A DNA stretch of 48,013 bases, taken from the NCBI GenBank assembly GCA_050181375.1, contig JBFXDF010000001.1:1-48013 (forward strand). Direction: 5' to 3'. The first letter of the stretch is position 1. Every line of letters starts with the position of its first letter. Positions 1-8,406 of the stretch are shown here, piece after piece. A model generated the notes under the pieces. That model was not told where the DNA came from. It did no database searches and saw nothing but the letters and a program-made list of their open reading frames with translations. The stretch is from Alphaproteobacteria bacterium. GTDB lineage: Bacteria; Pseudomonadota; Alphaproteobacteria; ATCC43930; CGMCC-115725. A program made the translations under genes and the position numbers.

Positions 1-26
1 AAGATTTACAGAACGGGAGGAAAGCA

Positions 27-1580
27 GTGGCCCCGCTTCGTAACCGGCTGTCCCGCCGCGCCGTCATCGCCTCGCTGGCCGCGGCGCCGGCCGTGCTGCG
101 CGCTCCGGCGCTCCTTGCCGCTCCCGGCCCCGACACCTTTGTGCTCGCGTTTCACGTGACGATATCGCCGGCGTGGTTCGATCCGTCGAGCGCGCCGCCG
201 CAGATCACGCCGTTCGGCGTGCTCTACGCGCTGCACGATGCGCTGGTGCGGGCCTATCCCGGCACCGAGATGGGTCCGGCGCTCGCCGAATCGTGGAGCG
301 AAAGCGAGGACGGGCTGACCTACGAATTCAAGCTGCGCCCGAACCTGAGTTTTCACAATGGCGATCCCCTGACCACCGATGACGTCAAGTTCAGCTTTGA
401 CCGCTACCAGGGCGCCGGCGCCACCGAGCTGAAAGACAAGGTGGCGCGGGTCGAAATCGTCGATCCGCGTGTCGTCCGTTTTCACCTGAAGGAGGTCTGG
501 CCCGATTTCATGTCGATGTACGGTAGCACCGCCACCGCCGCCGGTCTTGTCGTACCGAAAAACTATATCGAGAAGGTCGGCGACGACGGGTTCAAGCAGA
601 AGCCGATCGGCGCCGGCCCCTACAAACTCGTCAGTACGCAGCCCGGTGTCGAAGTCGTGTTCGAGGCATTTGAAAAATACTGGCGCAAGAAGCCGAATAT
701 CAGGAATGTCGTGTTGCGCAGCGTCCCCGATGTCGATTCGCGCGCGCTGATGGTAAAAACCGGCGAGGCCGACATCGCGGCCGCGCTCGAAAGCGTCGCC
801 GCGCAGGGGCTGATCGACAATCCCGGGACCCGGATCGTTCCGAGCAAGCACGCCTCGTGTCAATGGATCGAATTTCCCGATCAGTGGGACCCGAAATCGC
901 CGTGGCACGACATCCGGATGCGGCAGGCCGTCGCGTATGCGATCAACCGCGAGGGGATCAGCAAGGTGGCCTGCCTCGGCTACTGCCCGCCGGCCGGCGT
1001 CATCGTGCCGCGCGTCATGGAGTTCGCGCTGCAGGTCCCGCCGTTCCCGTATGACCCGCAAAAGGCAAAGCAGCTGCTCGCCGAGGCTGGCCACCCGAAC
1101 GGCTACGACGCCGGCCTGTTTCACGCGATCCCCGGCTTCCCGACCGCCGCCGAGGCCGTCGCCAACGATCTCAACGCCGCCGGGATCCGGGTGAGGCTCG
1201 CGCCGATGGAGCGGGCCGCCTTCTACGCCGACTGGAAGGCGCACAAATTCCACGGTCTTTACATGACCGGCGCCGGCGCCGCCGGCAACGCCGCGAGCCG
1301 CGTCGACAACTTCATGTACTCGAAGGGCGCCTATGCCGAGGGCGGCTACCCCGATATCGACGAACTCTATCTGAAGCAGGCGAAGGAACGCGATCAGAAG
1401 AAGCGCGAAGAAATGCTGCACAAAATCCAGCAATTGACGATCGACCGCATGATGTTCGCGCCGGTCTACGATTTCCGCGCGCTGATGGGGGTGGGACCGC
1501 GCGTCGTCAAGGATACGATCGGCGACATCTATCTCGACCCGTGGCCGGCCTACGAGGATGTCGTGCTGCAGGCGTCGTAA
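27..1580 (+). CDS. ABC transporter substrate-binding protein, family 5 (peptide/nickel/opine type)
   Basis: 517-aa ORF with a Tat/Sec-like signal (RRAVIASLAAAPAVLRAPALLA). Resembles SBP family 5 (LTYEFKLRPNLSFHNGDPLTTDDVKFS, GAGPYKLV). The opposite-strand ORF 6..1589 is an Arg/Ala-rich shadow. Confidence 0.85.
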   Translation: MAPLRNRLSRRAVIASLAAAPAVLRAPALLAAPGPDTFVLAFHVTISPAWFDPSSAPPQITPFGVLYALHDALVRAYPGTEMGPALAESWSESEDGLTYEFKLRPNLSFHNGDPLTTDDVKFSFDRYQGAGATELKDKVARVEIVDPRVVRFHLKEVWPDFMSMYGSTATAAGLVVPKNYIEKVGDDGFKQKPIGAGPYKLVSTQPGVEVVFEAFEKYWRKKPNIRNVVLRSVPDVDSRALMVKTGEADIAAALESVAAQGLIDNPGTRIVPSKHASCQWIEFPDQWDPKSPWHDIRMRQAVAYAINREGISKVACLGYCPPAGVIVPRVMEFALQVPPFPYDPQKAKQLLAEAGHPNGYDAGLFHAIPGFPTAAEAVANDLNAAGIRVRLAPMERAAFYADWKAHKFHGLYMTGAGAAGNAASRVDNFMYSKGAYAEGGYPDIDELYLKQAKERDQKKREEMLHKIQQLTIDRMMFAPVYDFRALMGVGPRVVKDTIGDIYLDPWPAYEDVVLQAS

Positions 1581-1674
1581 TGCCGCCATTCCGGCGGGCC
1601 GTGAGCCGCGTCACGGTCGGAACCGATCGTTTTCGCCGCCGTTGGCCAACATTCGCGACCAAATGGAGAACTCG

Positions 1675-1932
1675 ATGCGACAGTTGCTGAGCGTTGCCGT
1701 CGTGCTCGCGCTTGCCGGCGGCTCGACAATCGCCTTGGCGGATACCCCCGGGTCGGATTGGATGCCGCTCGAACAGGTCGCGCAAAAGATCAAGGAAGCG
1801 GGTTACACGCAGATCTCGGAACTGAAAGCCGATAACGGACGCTGGGAAGGCGAGGGAATAAAAAACGGCCGGCAAATGGAGTTTCAGGCCGACCCGAAGA
1901 CCGGCGCCATCATCTCCGAGAAACCGGATTGA
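1675..1932 (+). CDS. PepSY domain-containing small exported protein
   Basis: Internal ATG (codon 40 of ORF 1558..1932) preceded by GGAGA. Signal peptide MRQLLSVAVVLALAGGSTIALA. The ending (GYTQISELKADNGRWEGEGIKNGRQMEFQADPKTGAIISEKPD) is typical of PepSY proteins. Confidence 0.65.
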   Translation: MRQLLSVAVVLALAGGSTIALADTPGSDWMPLEQVAQKIKEAGYTQISELKADNGRWEGEGIKNGRQMEFQADPKTGAIISEKPD

Positions 1933-2009
1933 CCGCATAGCGGCTGGTGCGGGCGGGACGTTGCGTCCGCGCGCGTCCGGTTTCGGTGCGGGGCCGCGTG
2001 GCGGCCTGA

Positions 2010-2039
2010 TTGGCAAAGCCGCGGGCGTCGCCATATAAT
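2010..2039 (+). promoter_or_regulatory. Candidate sigma70-type promoter (TTGGCA-18 nt-TATAAT) upstream of the VOC gene
   Basis: TTGGCA at 2010-2015 and TATAAT at 2034-2039, about 40 nt upstream of the ATG at 2080. Sequence match only. Confidence 0.35.
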
Positions 2040-2079
2040 CGCCGCACGCCAGATTCCAGGCGCGTTTGGAGATAGAGAC

Positions 2080-2667
2080 ATGGCCGACGGCACCTCCCCG
2101 ATCGCTCCTCCGGCGCCGACCGAAGCGGTGACGCCGGGCGGCATCAATCACCTCGTGATCAATGTCCGCGATATCGAAGAGTCGCACCGGTTCTGGACCG
2201 AAATCCTCGGCTTCAAGGAGGTCGGCCGCTCCAGCCGGCGCGCCATGCGCTTTTACAGCGGCGACCATAACGGGCAGATGAACCACCACGACATCGCGCT
2301 GGTCGAGAACCCGAACCTGCCAAAGCCGCCCGCCGACTGGCAGATGTTCGACATGCCGGTCGCGGTCAATCACATCGCGATCACGATGCCGAGCCGCGAG
2401 GCGTGGCTCCGCCAGCTTGCCTGGCTGCGCAAGAACGGCGTCAAGTTCCAGCGTCGCGTCAATCACGGCATGACGCACAGCCTCTATATCAGCGACCCGA
2501 ACGGCTACGGCGTCGAGGTGCTGTACGAATTGCCGCGCGAAATCTGGGGCGAGAACATCCAGGCTGGTCTCGACTACGTCGAGAACCTGCCGACCGAGGG
2601 CGACGAGGCCTTTATCGACGACACCAACTACCCCCGGTTCGCCGCGAAGGCGCCGGCGGCGGAGTAG
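2080..2667 (+). CDS. VOC family protein (glyoxalase/bleomycin resistance/extradiol dioxygenase fold)
   Basis: 195-aa ORF. INHLVINVRDIEESHRFWTEILGF and VNHIAITM...LYISDPNGYGVEV are the paired beta-alpha-beta-beta-beta module signatures. Confidence 0.8.
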   Translation: MADGTSPIAPPAPTEAVTPGGINHLVINVRDIEESHRFWTEILGFKEVGRSSRRAMRFYSGDHNGQMNHHDIALVENPNLPKPPADWQMFDMPVAVNHIAITMPSREAWLRQLAWLRKNGVKFQRRVNHGMTHSLYISDPNGYGVEVLYELPREIWGENIQAGLDYVENLPTEGDEAFIDDTNYPRFAAKAPAAE

Positions 2668-2702
2668 ACCTGACACACGGACCGCCTGCGTCCCGCCCGC
2701 GG

Positions 2703-3056
2703 ATGCGGACCGGAGGTTCGCGGTCCCGCGCCGCTCGGCCGGCCCGGCTGCGTTACACGAAGGCCGCGCTGCTGCTCTTCGGCCTCGGGCTAGTGACCGG
2801 TCTTGTCGTGGTGGTCGGCGAGTTTTCCGAATGGGACTACGTCACCAGCTCCATCATGGCGCTCGGGCTGGTGCTGCTGCCGCTGGGTCTGTTCGCCGAC
2901 GGGCGCGGCATCGCGGCGCTGCGCTGGATCGCCCGACGTTTTTCTCGACAAAAGCAAAGCTCGCAGCGCAGCCGCACGGCTCGAACCGGCGCACGCTCGC
3001 GCAAGCCCTTATCGCGAACCGCCTCGTCACGCGCACCACGCCGCGCCCGCAGCTAA
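2703..3056 (+). CDS. Hypothetical small membrane protein (2 predicted TM helices, Arg/Ser-rich tail)
   Basis: Internal ATG of ORF 2403..3056. Hydrophobic stretches AALLLFGLGLVTGLVVVVG and IMALGLVLLPLGLF. Third-codon positions are mostly G/C. No family recognised. Confidence 0.4.
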   Translation: MRTGGSRSRAARPARLRYTKAALLLFGLGLVTGLVVVVGEFSEWDYVTSSIMALGLVLLPLGLFADGRGIAALRWIARRFSRQKQSSQRSRTARTGARSRKPLSRTASSRAPRRARS

Positions 3057-3099
3057 GGCAGGCTCCAAAGAGGTCGCTTCGCGGAGTTTATCCTCGGGC

Positions 3100-3190
3100 T
3101 GGCCTAAGGCCGGACCCGTGGGCTCGCGGTGACCATGAAGCGGTCATTGCGAGACGCGCCGCGACGAAGCAATCTTCGCGATTATGCTTC
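3100..3190. repeat. REP-like palindromic intergenic element (GTCATTGCGAG ... GAAGCAATCT ... TGCTTC)
   Basis: GTCATTGCGAG at 3143-3153. Hairpin GAAGCA(3166-3171)/TGCTTC(3185-3190). A related copy lies at 30433-30503 and shares CGAAGCAATCT. Confidence 0.6.
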
Positions 3191-3210
3191 CCACCGCAGG
3201 AGAGGCGTTT

Positions 3211-4422
3211 ATGAACGTGAAGGTGACCGGGCTCGACGTGCGTTGCTGCGACGCCGGCTGGCGGAATTATTACTTTCTGAAACTCTCGACCGATCAAGGC
3301 ATTGTCGGCTGGAGCGAGTTCGACGAGGGGTTCGGTTCTCCCGGCATTACCGCTGTGATCGAGCGCCTGAAGCCGCGCATCGTCGGTCAGCCGGTCTTCG
3401 ATCACGAGCGCATCTTCGCCGAGCTGTACGCGCTGACCCGGCCGGCGGCGGGCGGCGTCGTCGCCGAGGGTCTCGGCGCGATCGAGAACGCGCTCCTGGA
3501 CGCGAAGGCGAAAGCGCTTGGCGTGCCGTGCCACGTGCTGCTCGGCGGCAAAACCCGCGACCGTGTCCGGGTGTACTGGTCGCATTGCGCGACGTGGCGG
3601 ATCAACCAGCCGGATTACTTCAAGCCGGCGATCACCGATCTCGACGGCGTCCGCAAGATCGGCGCCGAAGCCAGGGAGCGCGGCTTCACGGCGCTGAAGA
3701 CAAACATCTTTCTCCATGACGAGAACGGCCCGCCGCGCGGCTGGCGGCCGGGTTTCGCGTCGCCGTTCCTGCCCGAACTCAACGTCGAAAAACGCATCCT
3801 GCGCAATCTGCGCACGCATCTCGAAGCGATCGGCGAGGGCGCCGGCCCGGATATGGACCTGCTGCTCGACCTCAACTTCAACGCCCGCACCGAGGGCTAT
3901 CTGAAAATCCTGCGCGCGATCGCCGATATCGAGATGTTCTGGATCGAGATCGACAGCTACGACCCCGAGGCGCTCGGCTATATCCGGCGCCAGAGCCCGC
4001 ACCCGGTCAGCTCGTGCGAGACGCTGTTGGGCATCCGCGAATTCCTGCCCTATTTCCGCGCCCAGGCGATGGATGTCGCGATTATCGACGCGGTGTGGAA
4101 CGGCGTCTGGCAATCGATGAAGATCGCCAATCTCGCCGAGGCGCACGAGGTCAACATCGCCCCGCACAATTTCTACGGCCACCTCGCGTCGTTCATGAAC
4201 GTGCATTTCGCGGCGGCCGTGCCGAACCTGCGGATCATGGAGATCGACGTCGACCGGCTGGAATGGGATGCGGAGCTGTTCACGCACGCGCCCGAGTTTG
4301 TCGATGGGTATTTCGCGGTGCCGGACCGTCCCGGCTGGGGCTGCGAGCCGCGCGAGGAGGCACTGGCGGCGCATCCGCCGAAACAGACCGGCGGGCTGAT
4401 GAGCTACCGGCGGAAAAGCTGA
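3211..4422 (+). CDS. Enolase-superfamily enzyme (mandelate racemase/muconate lactonizing family; sugar-acid dehydratase-like)
   Basis: ATG preceded by AGGAGA. The N-terminal capping domain (KVTGLDV...YYFLKLSTDQGIVGWSE) and barrel domain resemble MR/MLE family members. Substrate unknown. Confidence 0.85.
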   Translation: MNVKVTGLDVRCCDAGWRNYYFLKLSTDQGIVGWSEFDEGFGSPGITAVIERLKPRIVGQPVFDHERIFAELYALTRPAAGGVVAEGLGAIENALLDAKAKALGVPCHVLLGGKTRDRVRVYWSHCATWRINQPDYFKPAITDLDGVRKIGAEARERGFTALKTNIFLHDENGPPRGWRPGFASPFLPELNVEKRILRNLRTHLEAIGEGAGPDMDLLLDLNFNARTEGYLKILRAIADIEMFWIEIDSYDPEALGYIRRQSPHPVSSCETLLGIREFLPYFRAQAMDVAIIDAVWNGVWQSMKIANLAEAHEVNIAPHNFYGHLASFMNVHFAAAVPNLRIMEIDVDRLEWDAELFTHAPEFVDGYFAVPDRPGWGCEPREEALAAHPPKQTGGLMSYRRKS

Positions 4423-4435
4423 TCGCCGTCCCGGG

Positions 4436-5482
4436 TTGGCCGATACATCATTTTCGGGACAGCTGCGGGTGCGCCGGCTTTTCGACGAGGGTTTTCCGTA
4501 CGGGTATTTCGCCTGCGTGATGGCGACCGGCATCGTCTCGATAGCGGCGCGGCTCGAGGGGCTGGCGTGGCTCTCGAACGGGCTCTTTGGCCTGAACCTC
4601 GCCCAGTTTTCGTTCTGGGGCGCCGCTCTCGTCGTGTGGTTCTGCATGGCGCCCGCGACGGCCGGGGCGGAATTGCTCGGTTCCCGCGGTCCGGGATCGC
4701 TGACGCTCGTCGCCGCCCTTTGCGTATTGGGCGACGAGATGGCACTCGCGACCGCTTACCAGACCGTGGTCGATATCTTCTGCGTTGCGGCCGGGCTCCT
4801 CTGGGTCGTCGCGATCTACGCCATTCTCGCGCGCGCGACGATCCGCCTGCGCAAGCCGGATGGCGCAGCCGCCATCGACGGCAGCTGGCTGCTCATCGTG
4901 GTCGCCACCCAAGGGGTGGCGATCCTGTCGACGCACACCAGCCGCGCATTGGAATTGCCTGACACGGCGTTGTTCGTCGCGCTTTGCCTGTTTCTTCTGG
5001 GCAGCGCTTTTTACGCGGTTCTGATTACATTGATCGTGGCGCGCTGGATGTTTCTGCCGCTGCGGCCCGAGCAGTTTACCGCGCCCTATTGGATCAACAT
5101 GGGGGCGGCGGCCATCACCACGCTGGCGGGCACCCGCCTGCTCGCGGCGAGCGATCAAACCCCGGCGATGCTCCCGTTTCGTGAAGCGGCGCTGGCCGCG
5201 ACCGTCCTGTTCTGGACAATCGCGAGCTGGTGGATCCCGCTGCTCGCCATGCTCACCCTGTGGCGTTATTGCCGCGGCGTCCGGCCGGTCTACCGGATCG
5301 ACAACTGGGCGATGGTGTTCCCGATCGGCATGTACACCGCGGCGAGCTGGCATGTCGCGCGCGACGCCGGTCTGCCGTTTCTGGCGCCGGTATCCGATGT
5401 CTTTATCTGGCTGGCGCTGGCGGCGTGGGCGCTGACCTTTGCCGGGATGATACGTTCCTGGGCGGCGGCCGCCTCAGTTTGA
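4436..5482 (+). CDS. TDT family transporter (TehA/Mae1/SLAC1-like, C4-dicarboxylate/tellurite resistance type)
   Basis: 348-aa polytopic ORF (about 10 hydrophobic helices) beginning FPYGYFACVMATGIVSIAA. TTG start at 4436 is uncertain. Confidence 0.75.
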   Translation: MADTSFSGQLRVRRLFDEGFPYGYFACVMATGIVSIAARLEGLAWLSNGLFGLNLAQFSFWGAALVVWFCMAPATAGAELLGSRGPGSLTLVAALCVLGDEMALATAYQTVVDIFCVAAGLLWVVAIYAILARATIRLRKPDGAAAIDGSWLLIVVATQGVAILSTHTSRALELPDTALFVALCLFLLGSAFYAVLITLIVARWMFLPLRPEQFTAPYWINMGAAAITTLAGTRLLAASDQTPAMLPFREAALAATVLFWTIASWWIPLLAMLTLWRYCRGVRPVYRIDNWAMVFPIGMYTAASWHVARDAGLPFLAPVSDVFIWLALAAWALTFAGMIRSWAAAASV

Positions 5483-5576
5483 ATTTGCCTCATGCATGCC
5501 GGTGACGCGAAATTCGCCACATTGCTGGAGTATCAATTAGCCGGTTGCGATGGCTCTGAGGGGATGCCGAAGCGGG

Positions 5577-5712
5577 CGTTTGCTGTTCTTTTGCTGCAAA
5601 ATCCGACCTCCGGACGCGCGAAACCGGCGGCGCGCAAGGACTCGCGCCGGCCGTTTGCTGCTGATTTCCTGCAGAAGCAGCAAAATAGCGGCCGGAACAG
5701 GGAAAAAACCCG
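5577..5712 (-). repeat. Dispersed intergenic repeat, copy A (inverted relative to copies B and C)
   Basis: GTTTGCTGCTGATTTCCTGCAGAAGCAGCAAA with hairpin arms at 5654-5662/5676-5684, then AACAGGGAAAA. Aligns to the reverse complement of 47860-48000. Confidence 0.7.
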
Positions 5713-5790
5713 GCTGGCCCCGCCCGGAAGGCAAACCAAAGCAGCCGCGAACGCCGGGTAAGCAGCGGTCTTGCGAGCACCCGGCCGATC

Positions 5791-6231
5791 CTACTCGCGC
5801 TTCTCGCGCGCCGCGCCGTCGGCGAACGGCTCGGTATCGGTTCCATATACGGCGGTGCGCGTCCGCGAGCGGCTTGGCGAGGCGCTGCCGGCTGCTCCCA
5901 TCTCGCCAAGCCCGCCGGTCGCCGGATCGAGATCGGCCTCCGCCATCCCGGTCCTGGCGTGCGAGCCGGCCCCGGTATCGGCTCCCGAGCGCCCGGCTGT
6001 GTCACGGTCGGGCTCGGGACGCTGATCGGCGGTGTGCGGCCCGGTATCGGGACCCGGCCCGGTCTGCGGATCGGTCGAGCGCGGGCGCAGCCCGCGCCCG
6101 GTGGTGTCGGCGACGGCGCCGCTGTGATCGTATTCGTCCTCGTTATTGGCCGCCGGACCGGCTAAAGGCTGTGGCGGTCCGCCTCTCTCAACTCCACCTG
6201 GGCCGAGCCTGTCCGAGCGTCGCGATGTCAT
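5791..6231 (-). CDS. Hypothetical acidic, low-complexity (Gly/Pro/Asp/Thr-rich) protein
   Basis: 146-aa ORF with no hydrophobic core. Third-position G+C is high after about codon 35 by hand count. Its start overlaps the upstream glgA start candidate. No family recognised. Confidence 0.3.
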   Translation of the reverse strand: MTSRRSDRLGPGGVERGGPPQPLAGPAANNEDEYDHSGAVADTTGRGLRPRSTDPQTGPGPDTGPHTADQRPEPDRDTAGRSGADTGAGSHARTGMAEADLDPATGGLGEMGAAGSASPSRSRTRTAVYGTDTEPFADGAAREKRE

Positions 6232-7793
6232 GGAAATCTCCGTTGCGGGGTCTTACCTCCAAACACCCTCCCGGCTACGCCGATCCAGTCGCGCCGCCGG
6301 CTGCCTCCACGGCCGGGGCGCCGGCGCCAGTGCGGGTTCTCCACGCCGCGGCCGAACTCTATCCCTGGGTCAAGACCGGCGGCCTCGGCGACGTCATGGC
6401 GGCGCTGCCGCCGGCGCTCGGCGCGGCCGGCGCCGATATTCGACTCGTGCTGCCCGGCTTCGCGGAATTCCTCGACATTTTCGAATTGACCGAAATCGTC
6501 AGGCTGCGGACGCCGTTTGCGGCCGAGCGGGTGCGGATCGCGCTCGCGCGGGTTCCGGACGGCGCGATCGCCGCATACCTCGTCGATCACCCGGCCTTCT
6601 ACGACCGGCCGGGCACGCCGTATCAGGCGCCGGACGGTAGCGACTGGCCCGACAACCACCGCCGCTTCGCGCTGCTCGGCTGGGCGGCTGCGGCGCTGGC
6701 GCGGGGTGCCGACCCGGCCTGGCGGCCCGATCTGCTGCATTGCCACGACTGGCACGCCGGGCTCGCTCCGGCCTATCTGCGCGCGGAGGGCGCCGTGGTG
6801 CCGAGCGTCTTTACCGTGCACAACATTGCCTATCAGGGATACTTTCCAGCGGCGTTCTTCACCGATCTGGCGCTGCCGCCGAATTTCTTCGCGACGGACG
6901 GGGTCGAGTTCTACGGCGGGCTCGCGTTCCTTAAGGCCGGGCTGTTCTACGCCGACCGGCTGACGACGGTCAGCCCAACCTACGCGCGCGAGATCCAGAC
7001 CCCCGCCTTCGGCTGGGGTCTCGACGGGCTGCTGCGCACCCGCGCCGCAGAACTGACCGGTATCCTCAATGGCGTCGATCCGTCGATCTGGTCGCCGGAG
7101 AACGATGCGTTTCTGCCGGTTCCGTTTTCGGCCGACGATGACGATCTGGCCGACAAGTCAGAGGCGAGGGAGGCGCTCGCGCATCGCTTCGACCTCGACA
7201 CGGACAATGGCGGGGACGACGCGGGTGGGCCGCTATTCGGCGCGGTCACCCGGCTGACCCCGCAGAAGGGTCTCGATCTGCTGCTCGCCGCCCTGCCGGG
7301 CCTCGTTGCGCTCGGCGGCCGTCTCGTGCTGCTGGGCAGCGGCGACGCCGGTCTTGAGGCCGGCTTCCGGGCCGCCGCGCAAAGCCATCCCGGCAAGGTT
7401 GCGGTGGAGATCGGGTACGACGACGCGCTGTCGCATCTGATTATCGGCGGCAGCGACAGCATTGTCGTGCCGTCGCGCTTCGAGCCGTGCGGCCTGACAC
7501 AGCTATATGCGCTGCGCTACGGCTCGCCGCCGGTCGTGCGCCGCACCGGCGGGCTGGCCGACACGGTAATAGACGCAAACGCGGTGACGCTGGCCGACGG
7601 CGCCGCGACCGGCTTCGCTTTCGACGACGAAACACCGGAGGCGCTGCTCAGCGCGATGCAGCGGGCCATCGAGCTCTACGGCGACCGCGCCGCGTGGCGG
7701 CGGTTGATGCGGCGCGGGATGACCCGCGACTTCAGCTGGACCGCCTCGGCCCGGCAATATCAGGCGCTCTACCGCGAGCTTGTGCCGGGATGA
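6225..7793 (+). CDS. glgA: Glycogen synthase (ADP-glucose type)
   Basis: VRVLHAAAELYPWVKTGGLGDV (KTGGL motif) and GT5/GT1 C-terminal motifs (EPCGLTQLYALRYG). First in-frame ATG is 6225. A GTG at 6330 (VRVLH...) is an equally plausible start. The 5550..6224 part of the track ORF is Arg-rich shadow. Confidence 0.9.
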   Translation: MSWKSPLRGLTSKHPPGYADPVAPPAASTAGAPAPVRVLHAAAELYPWVKTGGLGDVMAALPPALGAAGADIRLVLPGFAEFLDIFELTEIVRLRTPFAAERVRIALARVPDGAIAAYLVDHPAFYDRPGTPYQAPDGSDWPDNHRRFALLGWAAAALARGADPAWRPDLLHCHDWHAGLAPAYLRAEGAVVPSVFTVHNIAYQGYFPAAFFTDLALPPNFFATDGVEFYGGLAFLKAGLFYADRLTTVSPTYAREIQTPAFGWGLDGLLRTRAAELTGILNGVDPSIWSPENDAFLPVPFSADDDDLADKSEAREALAHRFDLDTDNGGDDAGGPLFGAVTRLTPQKGLDLLLAALPGLVALGGRLVLLGSGDAGLEAGFRAAAQSHPGKVAVEIGYDDALSHLIIGGSDSIVVPSRFEPCGLTQLYALRYGSPPVVRRTGGLADTVIDANAVTLADGAATGFAFDDETPEALLSAMQRAIELYGDRAAWRRLMRRGMTRDFSWTASARQYQALYRELVPG

Positions 7794-7911
7794 AAGATTT
7801 ACGGCCTATCTGGAGCTTGCGTTCTTCTCGTTGATGGAGTCGATAGCCGAAGTGACCGCTTGGAGAGATACGATGCCCTGCCTGAGCCAGTTCGATATCC
7901 AATGATGTTTA

Positions 7912-8193
7912 TTACTCCGCTGCGTTGGGTAGCCGCCGTGTCTGATCCCCCCGGCCAGCCAGTAGGCCAGCAAGCGATATATCTTCGTCCAAGGCTTCCC
8001 AGTGAAGACCACGGCTGCTGATCCGGCAGGCTTCCCGCTGCTCGGCGGTTGCATGCAACAGGCGCGGAAACCAGGCGAGCGGCACGCCCAGAGTGCGCCC
8101 GTCCGACAACTCAACCCACATGTTGTCGTCGTCAAACCTAATGCCGGTCGCCTTCACGAAAGAAGTCGTTCCACGCTTTCTCGATACGTCCAC
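7912..8193 (-). CDS. DUF2442 domain protein (putative antitoxin-like partner)
   Basis: ATGIRFDDDNMWVELSDGRTLGVPLAWFPRLLHATAEQREACRISSRGLHWEALDEDISLAGLL matches the DUF2442 pattern. A GTG at 8157 is an alternative start. Overlaps the upstream DUF4160 gene. Confidence 0.7.
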   Translation of the reverse strand: MDVSRKRGTTSFVKATGIRFDDDNMWVELSDGRTLGVPLAWFPRLLHATAEQREACRISSRGLHWEALDEDISLAGLLAGRGDQTRRLPNAAE

Positions 8194-8395
8194 GGTTGCC
8201 CTCGACCAATCTCATTAGTTCTCGCAATGCCCTTGCGTCGAAGCCATCATTGTAAGCAATCGAGACTTCCGGCCGCAGCCAGAACTTGGCCTGCTGTTCA
8301 CCGCGTTCGACATGAATATGGTATGGCTCGCGCGGACTGCCCTCGTTGGCATAGAAGAAAAATCGAAAGCCGCCGCTCCGGAATACAACGGGCAC
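8138..8395 (-). CDS. DUF4160 domain protein (putative toxin-like partner)
   Basis: MPVVFRSGGFRFFFYANEGSPREPYHIHVERGEQQAKFWL is the hallmark DUF4160 N-terminus. Confidence 0.75.
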   Translation of the reverse strand: MPVVFRSGGFRFFFYANEGSPREPYHIHVERGEQQAKFWLRPEVSIAYNDGFDARALRELMRLVEGNRGRIEKAWNDFFREGDRH

Positions 8396-8406
8396 TCAGT
8401 CGCTGC

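Noticed and set aside
1-9. The 9-mer AAGATTTAC at the window start recurs at 7794-7802, immediately after glgA.
   Set aside because: A single 9-nt match is about what chance predicts in 48 kb on two strands, and there is no extended similarity.
6-1589. A 527-aa ORF antisense to the substrate-binding protein gene. Similar long ORFs occur at 1507..2676, 3088..4647, 8002..9825, 14878..16308, 21057..23453, 42842..44491 and 46173..47756.
   Set aside because: Their translations are Arg/Ala/Gly/Pro-rich with no recognisable motifs, and each lies opposite a gene with clear family signatures. These are the shadow ORFs expected in high-G+C DNA.
5550-6224. A 225-codon N-terminal extension of the glgA track ORF.
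   Set aside because: The translation is Arg-rich nonsense (RRRARTRAGR...), it spans the repeat element, and GlgA homology begins only near 6330.
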